Source: a virus. Taken from it: a DNA stretch of 37,722 bases. The translations under genes and the position numbers were made by a program. The notes beneath the pieces are model-generated. The model made no database searches and was not told the DNA's origin. It was given only the letters and a program-made list of their open reading frames with translations. Below, one piece after another: positions 1-7,395 of this stretch (position 1 is the first letter of the stretch; each line of letters opens with the position of its first letter). The stretch covers positions 1 to 37,722 of the IMG/VR virus record IMGVR_UViG_3300045988_130501, one strand, 5' to 3'.

Positions 1-89
1 ATCTTTTTTTAAAGTGTGAACATCTCCATATTTGTCAAGTTTTTCTTCTTCAATTGTTATTGTGTACCCTAATGCTCTTTTTAGCAAGG
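1..89. repeat. Terminal direct repeat (identical to 37634-37722); assembly overlap of a circular or circularly permuted genome
   Basis: Both window ends read atctttttttaaagtgtgaacatctccatatttgtcaag...ctttttagcaagg. The terS reading frame is continuous across the junction. Confidence 0.95.
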
Positions 90-297
90 CATTTTCTACT
101 TCAAAGTCAATAACTTCTTTTCCTTTTTTTAAGGCGTCAAATATGTCAACTTCTTTTTTTTTCCATTCATACAAAGACGCTCTACTTATTCCTATATTTT
201 TGGCTATTTGTTCATCAGTTAAGCCATCTCTTGCCCAGCCTTCTAACAAGATTAACTTATCTCTTTCTAGCCACTCATTAATCTTGCCTAAAGCCAT
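1..297 (-). CDS. terS: Terminase small subunit, N-terminal 99 codons (gene wraps to 37633..37445)
   Basis: ATG at 297-295 behind an AAGGAAG SD. Translation MALGKINEWLERDKLILLEGWARDGLTDEQIAKNIGISRASLYEWKKK (HTH) runs off base 1 in frame and continues at 37633. Combined product is 161 aa. Confidence 0.85.
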   Translation of the reverse strand, partial: MALGKINEWLERDKLILLEGWARDGLTDEQIAKNIGISRASLYEWKKKEVDIFDALKKGKEVIDFEVENALLKRALGYTITIEEEKLDKYGDVHTLKKD

Positions 298-299
298 AA

Positions 300-506
300 T
301 TAATCTTCCTTATCTTCTCTAATTTCTTTTTTAAATAAAGACTTATCTTCTAAAATTTTTCCCTCAGCAACAAAACCTTTTGATAATAATTCTTCGTATC
401 TTGCACGTTCAAGTGTAATTGGTTCATCTTTTTCATAAGTTTTAAAGTTATCTTTGCTGTCATTAAAGCCTTTTAAAACTGTCGTTTTCACTTTGTAATT
501 TTTCAT
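300..506 (-). CDS. Hypothetical protein (68 aa)
   Basis: ORF track. Its ATG overlaps the upstream stop (ATGA), and its TAA stop lies 2 nt before the terS ATG. Confidence 0.55.
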   Translation of the reverse strand: MKNYKVKTTVLKGFNDSKDNFKTYEKDEPITLERARYEELLSKGFVAEGKILEDKSLFKKEIREDKED

Positions 507-712
507 TTAATATCATCTCCTAATTTTAATATTTTCTTAATTTCTTCCAAAGAAATATCATCCCAAATATACTCCCAAAATAAATCTAATTTCCACGCTT
601 TATAATTTTGAGGATAGAAATTGTTCTTGTATTTCTTCAAAGTTTCATTGTTTAATTTTATCACATTTTCTTTTTCTTTGCAAACAGCACTAACCAACAT
701 CTTAATATTCAT
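503..712 (-). CDS. Hypothetical protein (69 aa)
   Basis: ORF track; ATGA start/stop overlaps on both sides suggest translational coupling. Confidence 0.55.
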   Translation of the reverse strand: MNIKMLVSAVCKEKENVIKLNNETLKKYKNNFYPQNYKAWKLDLFWEYIWDDISLEEIKKILKLGDDIK

Positions 713-1128
713 AATTTGACCCTGCTTGTAACAAATTCCCGTTTAATAAGTAATTTGCCACTTTTTGTTATGTCATGGTCATGTTCTTTTTCAAAATAAA
801 TAAGTAAATCTTTTATTCTTTTTAAATTATCAATATCAATTTTTCTTTTTATATTTTCATCAATCATTTCGCTTGTAATTAAACAAAATATTTCTGGGTC
901 TATATTTTCTATGATATGTAAATAATTGTGGCTTGTATTCTGCCTTAAAATTGCTCCGTTCCAATATAAATATCCTTCGCCAAGTCCAGCACCTTTACAA
1001 TGCCGTCTTGGAATGATTAAATGATGATAGGACAGGTCTTTTTTTCGATTAACCTTATAACCTAGGAAGTCATACCCCAATTTCATGATTTTAAAATCAT
1101 TTACCATTATTTTTGTTATTTCTTTCAT
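709..1128 (-). CDS. Putative HNH (His-Me finger) nuclease associated with the terminase module
   Basis: SYHHLIIPRRHC...WNGAILRQNTSHNYLH resembles an H-N-H core. GGGAGG SD. Its position just upstream of terS is typical of such nucleases. Confidence 0.4.
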   Translation of the reverse strand: MKEITKIMVNDFKIMKLGYDFLGYKVNRKKDLSYHHLIIPRRHCKGAGLGEGYLYWNGAILRQNTSHNYLHIIENIDPEIFCLITSEMIDENIKRKIDIDNLKRIKDLLIYFEKEHDHDITKSGKLLIKREFVTSRVKL

Positions 1129-1171
1129 ATATTGCCTCCCAAAATTCTTTTTTATAAGAACTCAATAAAAC

Positions 1172-1209
1172 AAAAAAAAGAGCGACAAAAACCATAAAAG
1201 TTGTCGCTC
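1172..1209 (-). terminator. Rho-independent terminator closing the early/replication region
   Basis: In the minus sense: GAGCGACAA, 12-nt loop, TTGTCGCTC, followed by T8. Confidence 0.8.
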
Positions 1210-1265
1210 CAATTGATAATATTAAATTTAATAAATTGCTCATATTATCACCTAGTTAGATTATA

Positions 1266-1823
1266 TCACTTTTGGGATAAAAGTTCAAGTATCTTTTGTC
1301 CTGTTTCGGATTTAGAACAGAATTTAAAAGACACATCATAATCTTCTTTGTTATTTTCTATGGTATGTAATGCTTTTCTTAGTTGTTTGGGGCTTTGTGG
1401 GGGTCTATATGTTTGTAAACCCCTTTCTTTTGCTTGTTGGTAAAGTTCCCACTCGTTGTACTCGGCATGATAATTAAGTCCTAATTTCCATTTTAAAGTT
1501 CGTTTATATTGTTCTAACCGTGGGTTTTTCCATTGCGATATGTCATCTATGCAAGTAATATCTTTGCTGTGTTCTATAAGTACAATTAAATGTATTCCAG
1601 CCTTTTTGGCTCTAATAAGTTCATCTCTAAATCTCTTTTGCGTAACATTTTGCATAATTTCGGCAAGATTTTGTTTTCTGTCGATAATCACTTTGGGATT
1701 ATCTAGTGATTGATAATCCCCAACATAAAGTTTTGAAGTGTCATAATCAATATTGTTTTCTTCAAAACATTTAATTATTTTTGTTATTGCCTTTGGCTTT
1801 TCTCTACTATCTATTAAAATCAT
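1266..1823 (-). CDS. ERCC4/Mus81-type nuclease domain protein
   Basis: Motifs LIDSREK, VGDY and IIDRK match the ERCC4 pattern (D-x-RE, GDY, ERK-like). Confidence 0.6.
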   Translation of the reverse strand: MILIDSREKPKAITKIIKCFEENNIDYDTSKLYVGDYQSLDNPKVIIDRKQNLAEIMQNVTQKRFRDELIRAKKAGIHLIVLIEHSKDITCIDDISQWKNPRLEQYKRTLKWKLGLNYHAEYNEWELYQQAKERGLQTYRPPQSPKQLRKALHTIENNKEDYDVSFKFCSKSETGQKILELLSQK

Positions 1824-2524
1824 TTAATCATCTCCTCTTCATCAATTATGTATTGCCTAATAAATCTATTAGCATATTGTGGGTGTATCATACTTCTCAT
1901 TTTTTGATGTGATAAATTGCCACATTTTTTGGCATTATTTATTGTCTTTTTTTCTACATACTCTAATGGTTCAAATATAAAATTATTTTTAGGTTCACAA
2001 TTAATAAACCAATATTGAGTAGGTTTTTCGTAATAATCGCCATTTAAAAATCTATTTTTGTCTATAAATACAGGCTTAATGCACCAATATCTAGTTAAAT
2101 AGTGTTGACTTCCATAAGGGTTTTCAATTATCAATGGTATATTTTTTCTAGTGCATATAATCACTAATTTTGTGATATATGAATATAGGTTGTGTAATTC
2201 ATTGTGTAACTTTAAATCATATTCTAATTTTTGTTCTAAACTCCACTTTTTTTGTGTACTAGCCTCGCCTCTAAAATATAAAAGAATTTGTTCTTCAAAT
2301 CTAATACAAGGAAAAAAAGCAATTATAAAATCTTCTTTTTGTTTAAAATTGTCAAAGATACTAGGCTTGTTATCATAGCCTTTTTCTATTTCATCAAATA
2401 AATCTATAACATAATCAGTTTCGTTAAAATCATTTAGAATATCATAATCATAAGCCTTATAGCCAAGCTTTTTAAATTCATTTTTAAATGTTCCACTTTG
2501 TTCAAATAAACAATGATATTTCAT
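1820..2524 (-). CDS. DNA methyltransferase-like protein (compact C5-MTase-type motifs)
   Basis: LFEQSGTF (motif I-like), FFPCIRF (PC motif) and IIENPYG (ENV-like motif). At 234 aa it is short for a canonical C5-MTase. Confidence 0.4.
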   Translation of the reverse strand: MKYHCLFEQSGTFKNEFKKLGYKAYDYDILNDFNETDYVIDLFDEIEKGYDNKPSIFDNFKQKEDFIIAFFPCIRFEEQILLYFRGEASTQKKWSLEQKLEYDLKLHNELHNLYSYITKLVIICTRKNIPLIIENPYGSQHYLTRYWCIKPVFIDKNRFLNGDYYEKPTQYWFINCEPKNNFIFEPLEYVEKKTINNAKKCGNLSHQKMRSMIHPQYANRFIRQYIIDEEEMIK

Positions 2525-2863
2525 TTAATTTTCTCCCTTAAAATAATCTTCTACAATTTTGTGTATGATATCGTGACTGTTAGAACTTATATTGCATAAA
2601 TCTTCTTCTGTATATTCTTTTTCAGCATTAAATAAATAACAACCTATATAGCAGTGCATAAGTTCGTGTTTTAGTGTTTGTTTCTTTTGGTCCAAACATA
2701 AATCTTTATCAATGTAAATTTTACTATTGTCTAAATATGTTAATCCAAAATATCTTCCCTCTTTTGGTTCTCCATCATATTTATATTCTCTAATTTTTTC
2801 TCTTATTTCTTCTTGAGAAAGTTCTATTATTTCCCATTCTCTATTATTCATTTTAAATTTCAT
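2525..2863 (-). CDS. HExxH zinc metallopeptidase-like protein (ImmA/IrrE/SprT-like)
   Basis: HELMH motif preceded by KIYIDKDL...QTLK, typical of DUF955-like phage peptidases. Confidence 0.5.
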   Translation of the reverse strand: MKFKMNNREWEIIELSQEEIREKIREYKYDGEPKEGRYFGLTYLDNSKIYIDKDLCLDQKKQTLKHELMHCYIGCYLFNAEKEYTEEDLCNISSNSHDIIHKIVEDYFKGEN

Positions 2864-3226
2864 TTAATCAACCTCATTTTCATAAATATTTCCTATTACT
2901 TCAAAATCACTGATTTCGTATAAATCTTCACATACATTATCAAAAGTGCCTATAAACTTGCCATATTCATAAGATACTACCCAATCTTCAATTTCATTGC
3001 CATAGTCTCTTAAAATATCACCCTCATAAATATCTACACCATTTTTATCTTTTAGTCCTGTGTATTGCATTAATATAAAATCAGACTGATATGGAATACT
3101 CATTCCTATAAATTCTTTATCTTTTGGCTCATAATTTCAACTCCCTTTTTTAAGCGTTAATTGTCCAATTTTAAACATTTTTTTATATGTTTTATGCCAT
3201 GCTCTAAATTTTATTTCCCTATTCAT
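2864..3226 (-). pseudogene. YopX-family gene in one frame, interrupted by a single in-frame TGA (3139-3137)
   Basis: ATG 3226 gives MNREIKFRAWHKTYKKMFKIGQLTLKKGS, then TGA, then in the same frame NYEPKDKEFIGMSIPYQSDFILMQYTGLKDKNGVDIYEGDIL...VIGNIYENEVD. Both halves carry YopX hallmarks (EIKFRAW; QYTGLKDKNG; GNIYEN). Confidence 0.7.
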
Positions 3227-3549
3227 TATTCCTCCACCTTTACAGCTAAATCGGCTTTTATTAAGTCATATATTAAATCATAATCTTGGCTTTGCAAAAT
3301 ATTAAAATAATAACTTCTTTTACCGCCATAAGTCATTCTATTAATTATTCTAGTTTTTTTATCTACCATAAAATTTATTTGATTTTCATATATTTTATTG
3401 TGTCCTGTATCTTCTTCACTACATTCACACTCATAGCAATAACAGGGAACAACTACTGTCTTTTTAGTTGTATAATAATCGTAATAACCTGTTTCAAACC
3501 CATACTTTTCTAATTCTTTTAAATCTATGTTATCTCTTATTTTAAGCAT
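3226..3549 (-). CDS. Hypothetical protein (107 aa, Cys cluster PCYCYECEC)
   Basis: ORF track; its TAA overlaps the ATG of the YopX gene. Confidence 0.55.
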   Translation of the reverse strand: MLKIRDNIDLKELEKYGFETGYYDYYTTKKTVVVPCYCYECECSEEDTGHNKIYENQINFMVDKKTRIINRMTYGGKRSYYFNILQSQDYDLIYDLIKADLAVKVEE

Positions 3550-3565
3550 AATATCAGTCCTTTCT

Positions 3566-3862
3566 TTAATCTTTTGGCATTTGATATGGATAACCTAATC
3601 CTTTTATCTTTTCTTCCGTTAATGCGTTTTTATATGCAATTAAACTATCTCTATCTTTTACTATATTTATAGTATTAATTAGCATTATTCTTTCTTCTAT
3701 TTCATCTAATACTTCTAATGCTCTTTCTTTTGTTTTATATTCTGCTAGTGTCATAATATAACTGGCACTTTCTTTATAAACAATTTTATTATCATAAACA
3801 CATATAGGATTTTTTATTGGTATTAAATTTTCTTTATCCTGAGAACGCACCCATAAATTCAT
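3566..3862 (-). CDS. Hypothetical protein (98 aa)
   Basis: ORF track; co-oriented and tightly spaced. Confidence 0.55.
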   Translation of the reverse strand: MNLWVRSQDKENLIPIKNPICVYDNKIVYKESASYIMTLAEYKTKERALEVLDEIEERIMLINTINIVKDRDSLIAYKNALTEEKIKGLGYPYQMPKD

Positions 3863-3865
3863 ATT

Positions 3866-4261
3866 TTAATCATTCTCCTTTAAATTGTTAATTTCATCTA
3901 TTAGTTCATTTGTTTTATTCATTAAATATTCACAGTATGCATCAGTTTTATCTTTACTAATCCAAGTGTCTGTATAATCACAATAAAATTCATCTCCATT
4001 AGATTTTATTTTTTCTATCTTCTTTGGTTCTTCGATTATTTCTACATCTTCAAATAGCATATTGTAGAAACTACCATATCTATCAAAATTATCAAAAATA
4101 TCTCTAATCATTAAACAACTGTCCCAACCATCTTTTCTGTAATCTCCAATGTTGTTACACCATTTATAAATGTTCCCATTAAATAAAACTTCTTTTGGCA
4201 TTTCTTCACGATTTATTACTTTATTTACCAAATCACTTATTTTAATTTTCATTCTTAACAT
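3866..4261 (-). CDS. Hypothetical protein (131 aa)
   Basis: ORF track; co-oriented. Confidence 0.55.
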   Translation of the reverse strand: MLRMKIKISDLVNKVINREEMPKEVLFNGNIYKWCNNIGDYRKDGWDSCLMIRDIFDNFDRYGSFYNMLFEDVEIIEEPKKIEKIKSNGDEFYCDYTDTWISKDKTDAYCEYLMNKTNELIDEINNLKEND

Positions 4262-4469
4262 CTCCTTTATTTTTATTTATTTCTTCTTTCAATTTGTATT
4301 TAAATTTTGCTTTATCATTTTTATAAACATAATGGCCACACCAACTACATATTATTCTATCTTCTTTATTTGGAAATATAACTGAATGTCCGCATTTGCA
4401 TTTGATTGTATAATCTGCTATTTTATCCATATATTGGATTGGTTTCTCTTTTTTCACTGCCATAAACAT
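4242..4469 (-). CDS. Small zinc-ribbon-like protein
   Basis: CKCGH...CSWCGH cysteine pairs; GGAGGTG SD upstream. Confidence 0.5.
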   Translation of the reverse strand: MFMAVKKEKPIQYMDKIADYTIKCKCGHSVIFPNKEDRIICSWCGHYVYKNDKAKFKYKLKEEINKNKGDVKNEN

Positions 4470-4680
4470 ATTAACACCTCCATATTCCTTATTTTTAGCC
4501 CCATAGAACGACTTTTTAATACATTCTAGTACAATTACACTCTAAACATACTTTTGCTCGTTACAACAAGTTTTTGACTATATTTTAATTTTGTTAATCT
4601 TTTTCTAAACAAATACTCACTTTCGTATCGTTCTTCCCAACTTTTGTCGGTTGTTCTATCATATATGTTTATAAAGTACA

Positions 4681-5889
4681 TTACTTCACTTCCATTCTTT
4701 GTTTAGTCTTATCAAATATTACTGGAATTCTAACATTTCTTTTACCACCACGACATTTTGGAATTAAGAATCCTATTTCTTTAACATCAGCATTATCTTC
4801 TTTGTTTTCATCGTGTATAAGAATAATTGTGTCTGCTGTTTGCTCTATTTCTCCACTGTCTTTTAAATCTTGCATTGTTGGAGTATCACTACCATTTCTA
4901 TTTATTTGTGCTATTAAGAATATAGTGCAATCATAATCTTTGGTAATGTTGTTTAACTCTCTTACTGCCTCGCCAATTCTTTCTCTGTCATTTTGTCCCT
5001 GCTTACCAACTATGTAACCAGTGTAATCAATAAATACTATGCAATGCTCATCTCGTTGCTCTTTAATAATCTTATTTTTCATTGCATGAACTGTCTTACT
5101 ACCATTAATAACCTCATATTTATAATTGTAAATTTTATTAGCCACTTCCATTATTTTTTGGTCTTGATATTCTGTTTGTGGTTTATTAATATCGGCAATC
5201 GGAATATTTGCCTCAATTCCTAACATTCTTTCATAAACTTCTTCTTCGGTCATTTCCATATTGAAATAAATACATTTATATTCTTTTGCTAAGTCACAGA
5301 ACAAATTAAGTGCTAATGCTGACTTACCTTCACTTGGCCTTGCTCCAATAACATTGACAGTTTTCTTTTTTATTCTCAACTTTTCATTTAAAGCCCAGAA
5401 CCTTGGGAATTTTATTATCTTTTCTCTATTTCTAATCATTCTAATCATTTCTTCTGGAGTTACTTTGTTATTTTGCTTAATAACCATAACTTCGTTTGAA
5501 ATTTTATTAATGTTTTCTACAAGTTCATCAAGTTCAATTTGTTTATTGGAATATTTTTTTATCTCTTGCTTAATTAAATCATCTTTGTGTTGGTCGATTA
5601 ATTTTTGTTGATATTCATAAAACATTGCTGGAGTTGGTAACAAATTAATTTTATCAAGAAAATATTCTATAAATTGATTTTTTTCATAATCAGTTTTTAA
5701 TTCACTAACTATCAATGTTAAATCTAATTTTTTATATTTTTTATAAACTTCTTTTAAAAGCAATAGAACTCTTTTGTTGTATGTATTTTTAAAACAGTCT
5801 AAATCAATAAACAATTCTTCTATCAAACTGTCTTTCAAAAACAAACAACACATTAAGTTACTTTCAATTTCATAATCATATTGTTTCAT
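4681..5889 (-). CDS. Replicative DNA helicase, DnaB family
   Basis: Walker A GARPSEGKSALALN, Walker B IVFIDYTGY, and LIAQINRN. An N-terminal DnaB-N-like region is present. Confidence 0.85.
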   Translation of the reverse strand: MKQYDYEIESNLMCCLFLKDSLIEELFIDLDCFKNTYNKRVLLLLKEVYKKYKKLDLTLIVSELKTDYEKNQFIEYFLDKINLLPTPAMFYEYQQKLIDQHKDDLIKQEIKKYSNKQIELDELVENINKISNEVMVIKQNNKVTPEEMIRMIRNREKIIKFPRFWALNEKLRIKKKTVNVIGARPSEGKSALALNLFCDLAKEYKCIYFNMEMTEEEVYERMLGIEANIPIADINKPQTEYQDQKIMEVANKIYNYKYEVINGSKTVHAMKNKIIKEQRDEHCIVFIDYTGYIVGKQGQNDRERIGEAVRELNNITKDYDCTIFLIAQINRNGSDTPTMQDLKDSGEIEQTADTIILIHDENKEDNADVKEIGFLIPKCRGGKRNVRIPVIFDKTKQRMEVK

Positions 5890-6523
5890 AGACTACACTC
5901 TCTTTTTTATTATCATTTTCTTTTTTTGGTGGATAAAACTCTCTATAGCCATTTTTAATAGCTTTTTTTATAATTTGTTCTTGTTCTTTTTTGCTATATG
6001 GTTTTAAAAATAATATAAGTTCATCTATAACATTTTGATTATTAGGTATTCTTATACTTTTTCTATAATTAAAATATTCTAATAATAATTCTATTATATT
6101 ATTTAATTTATTATTATTTATATATTCTAATATATTATTTTTATTTATATTTTCATTTTCATTTTCCATATGTTTAACATATGAAAAACATATGTTTTCA
6201 AAAGTTATCTTATTTTTTCTGTTTTCACTTCTTGATTTTGAGTAATTTCTTCTCTTATCAATTTCCTTTTGAAGCCTTATATTATAATATTTTCCATCAT
6301 TATCTTTTGTAAATTTATCAAAGATATCTTTATCATATCTTTTACATATGTTTAACATATCTTTTTCTGATAAATGCCCTTTTTGATGTTGTATGCACAA
6401 TAATTTTATGTATTTTCCTAATTGAATATCACTCATAAACATCGTACCAGTAAGAAAATCACTTGAATAAAATAAGAATGCTGGGTCTTTATTTTCATAT
6501 TGTTCTTTGTTTGATTCTTCCAT
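5876..6523 (-). CDS. DUF1376 (YdaU-like) replication-associated protein; its gene contains candidate origin iterons
   Basis: PAFLFYSSDFLTGTMFMSDIQLGKYIKLLCIQHQKG matches the DUF1376 signature. It lies directly upstream of and overlaps the helicase gene. Confidence 0.65.
   Translation of the reverse strand: MEESNKEQYENKDPAFLFYSSDFLTGTMFMSDIQLGKYIKLLCIQHQKGHLSEKDMLNICKRYDKDIFDKFTKDNDGKYYNIRLQKEIDKRRNYSKSRSENRKNKITFENICFSYVKHMENENENINKNNILEYINNNKLNNIIELLLEYFNYRKSIRIPNNQNVIDELILFLKPYSKKEQEQIIKKAIKNGYREFYPPKKENDNKKESVVYETI
6167..6194. repeat. Iteron array A1: three CATATG units phased at 11 bp
   Basis: CATATG starts at 6167, 6178 and 6189. It adjoins an almost pure A/T tract inside the DUF1376 gene. 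Confidence 0.75.
6323..6361. repeat. Iteron array A2: four (G/C)ATAT(C/G) units phased at 11 bp
   Basis: GATATC at 6323, CATATC at 6334, CATATG at 6345 and CATATC at 6356. Confidence 0.7.
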
Positions 6524-6525
6524 TT

Positions 6526-6681
6526 TTATTCTCCTTTCTTAATTGGTATTAATTTTATGCAATCTTTATACATTTCCATATAAAACTTATTGCCCCATTT
6601 ATCAATTATTTGTTGTGGTATTCTTATTTTATTTGTTGTTGTTTCTGCGTTTTTTTGTAATCTTATAATTGGCTGTTCCAT
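6526..6681 (-). CDS. AbrB/SpoVT-like DNA-binding protein (51 aa; below the ORF-track cutoff)
   Basis: GGAGGTG SD then ATG 6681. MEQPIIRLQKNAETTTNKIRIPQQIIDKWGNKFYMEMYKDCIKLIPIKKGE has an IRIPQQI...IKLIP swapped-hairpin-type pattern. Confidence 0.55.
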   Translation of the reverse strand: MEQPIIRLQKNAETTTNKIRIPQQIIDKWGNKFYMEMYKDCIKLIPIKKGE

Positions 6682-6711
6682 TTTTTCACCTCCTATCTTT
6701 AACATAATTAA

Positions 6712-6740
6712 AGTATAGCACCTATTTTATACTATGTCAA
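6712..6740 (-). promoter_or_regulatory. Sigma-A-type promoter of the replication module
   Basis: In the minus sense: TTGACA, 17 nt, TATACT. Confidence 0.65.
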
Positions 6741-6753
6741 CACCTAAAAATAT

Positions 6754-6778
6754 AAAAAAAGAACTTTTTCAAGTTCTT
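6754..6778 (-). terminator. Rho-independent terminator after the SSB-like gene
   Basis: AAGAACTT-GAAA-AAGTTCTT followed by a T-run. Confidence 0.7.
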
Positions 6779-6786
6779 TAATTTTA

Positions 6787-7395
6787 TTAAAATGGGAAAT
6801 CGTTTTCACTAAATTCAACAGTATTCCCAAAGTCGCTAAATGGTTCATTATTTTTGCTATTAATATATTCCTCGTAATCTACGTAAGAATTATCAAGTTT
6901 TTTAACTTTAGGAATTTTAATATTATCAACTTTATCAATACTTCTAAATTCTCTTAATTTATTGACAGTTTTTAGCTCTCCTGCTTGGCTCTCATATTCT
7001 TCCATTCCAAATACTAATCCTATTTTTTTGCCTGTTAATTGTTCCCAATTTTTGTTCCAATCAAATTGGCAACCATTAGAATTTTCATAAGCTGTAATAA
7101 ATGCCTTAAGCATTTTAACTTGGTTTTCTTCTTCCCCTAGTGGAACATATTTAATTGCTGAATTGCTCCATTTTCTATCAATTCTAGTGTCATTTTTATA
7201 TTGTTCTTTAAAATATTCAGGTTGCTTGTCATCTTTAGCAGTATCTACGCTAACTTTTAAAGAAGTCTTGCCACTTTGTGGGCTAGTATATTCTTCTGCT
7301 TTCATTATTATTCCTTTGTGACCACCTAATTCAATTGGAGTAAAATCAAATTCCATTACTTCTACATTATCATAATTGCTTGGTTTCTTTATCAT
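6787..7395 (-). CDS. DUF669-type SSB-like protein with an SSB-like acidic C-terminal tip
   Basis: FTPIELGGHKGIIMKAEEYTS...SLKVSV pattern. The C-terminus SENDFPF resembles the DDDIPF tail of SSBs. Confidence 0.55.
   Translation of the reverse strand: MIKKPSNYDNVEVMEFDFTPIELGGHKGIIMKAEEYTSPQSGKTSLKVSVDTAKDDKQPEYFKEQYKNDTRIDRKWSNSAIKYVPLGEEENQVKMLKAFITAYENSNGCQFDWNKNWEQLTGKKIGLVFGMEEYESQAGELKTVNKLREFRSIDKVDNIKIPKVKKLDNSYVDYEEYINSKNNEPFSDFGNTVEFSENDFPF

Noticed and set aside
1-89. The 89-bp terminal repeat as prophage att sites or a biological direct terminal repeat.
   Set aside because: The repeat lies inside the terS coding sequence, and joining the ends yields one uninterrupted gene. This is the signature of a circular assembly overlap.
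1097-1243. 48-codon hydrophobic ORF (MSNLLNLILSIGATTFMVFVALFF...) in the spacer before the HNH-like gene.
   Set aside because: Its hydrophobic core is encoded by the stem and T-tract of a textbook intrinsic terminator (1172-1209). It would also overlap the next gene by 32 nt. The terminator reading is preferred, although the ORF cannot be excluded.
3121-3139. Possible -1 frameshift at CCAAAAG, or genome-wide TGA recoding, to explain the split YopX gene.
   Set aside because: The two YopX parts are in the same frame and are separated only by TGA, so no frameshift is needed. TGA terminates several other ORFs, all large genes are intact under the standard code, and the only tRNA is Cys(GCA), not a suppressor.
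4470-4680. Origin or promoter in the 210-bp spacer after the helicase gene, with imperfect inverted repeats atagaacgac / gtcggttgttctat.
   Set aside because: The repeats are imperfect, and no convincing -35/-10 pair or iteron phasing could be read. The iteron arrays at 6155-6361 are a much better ori candidate.
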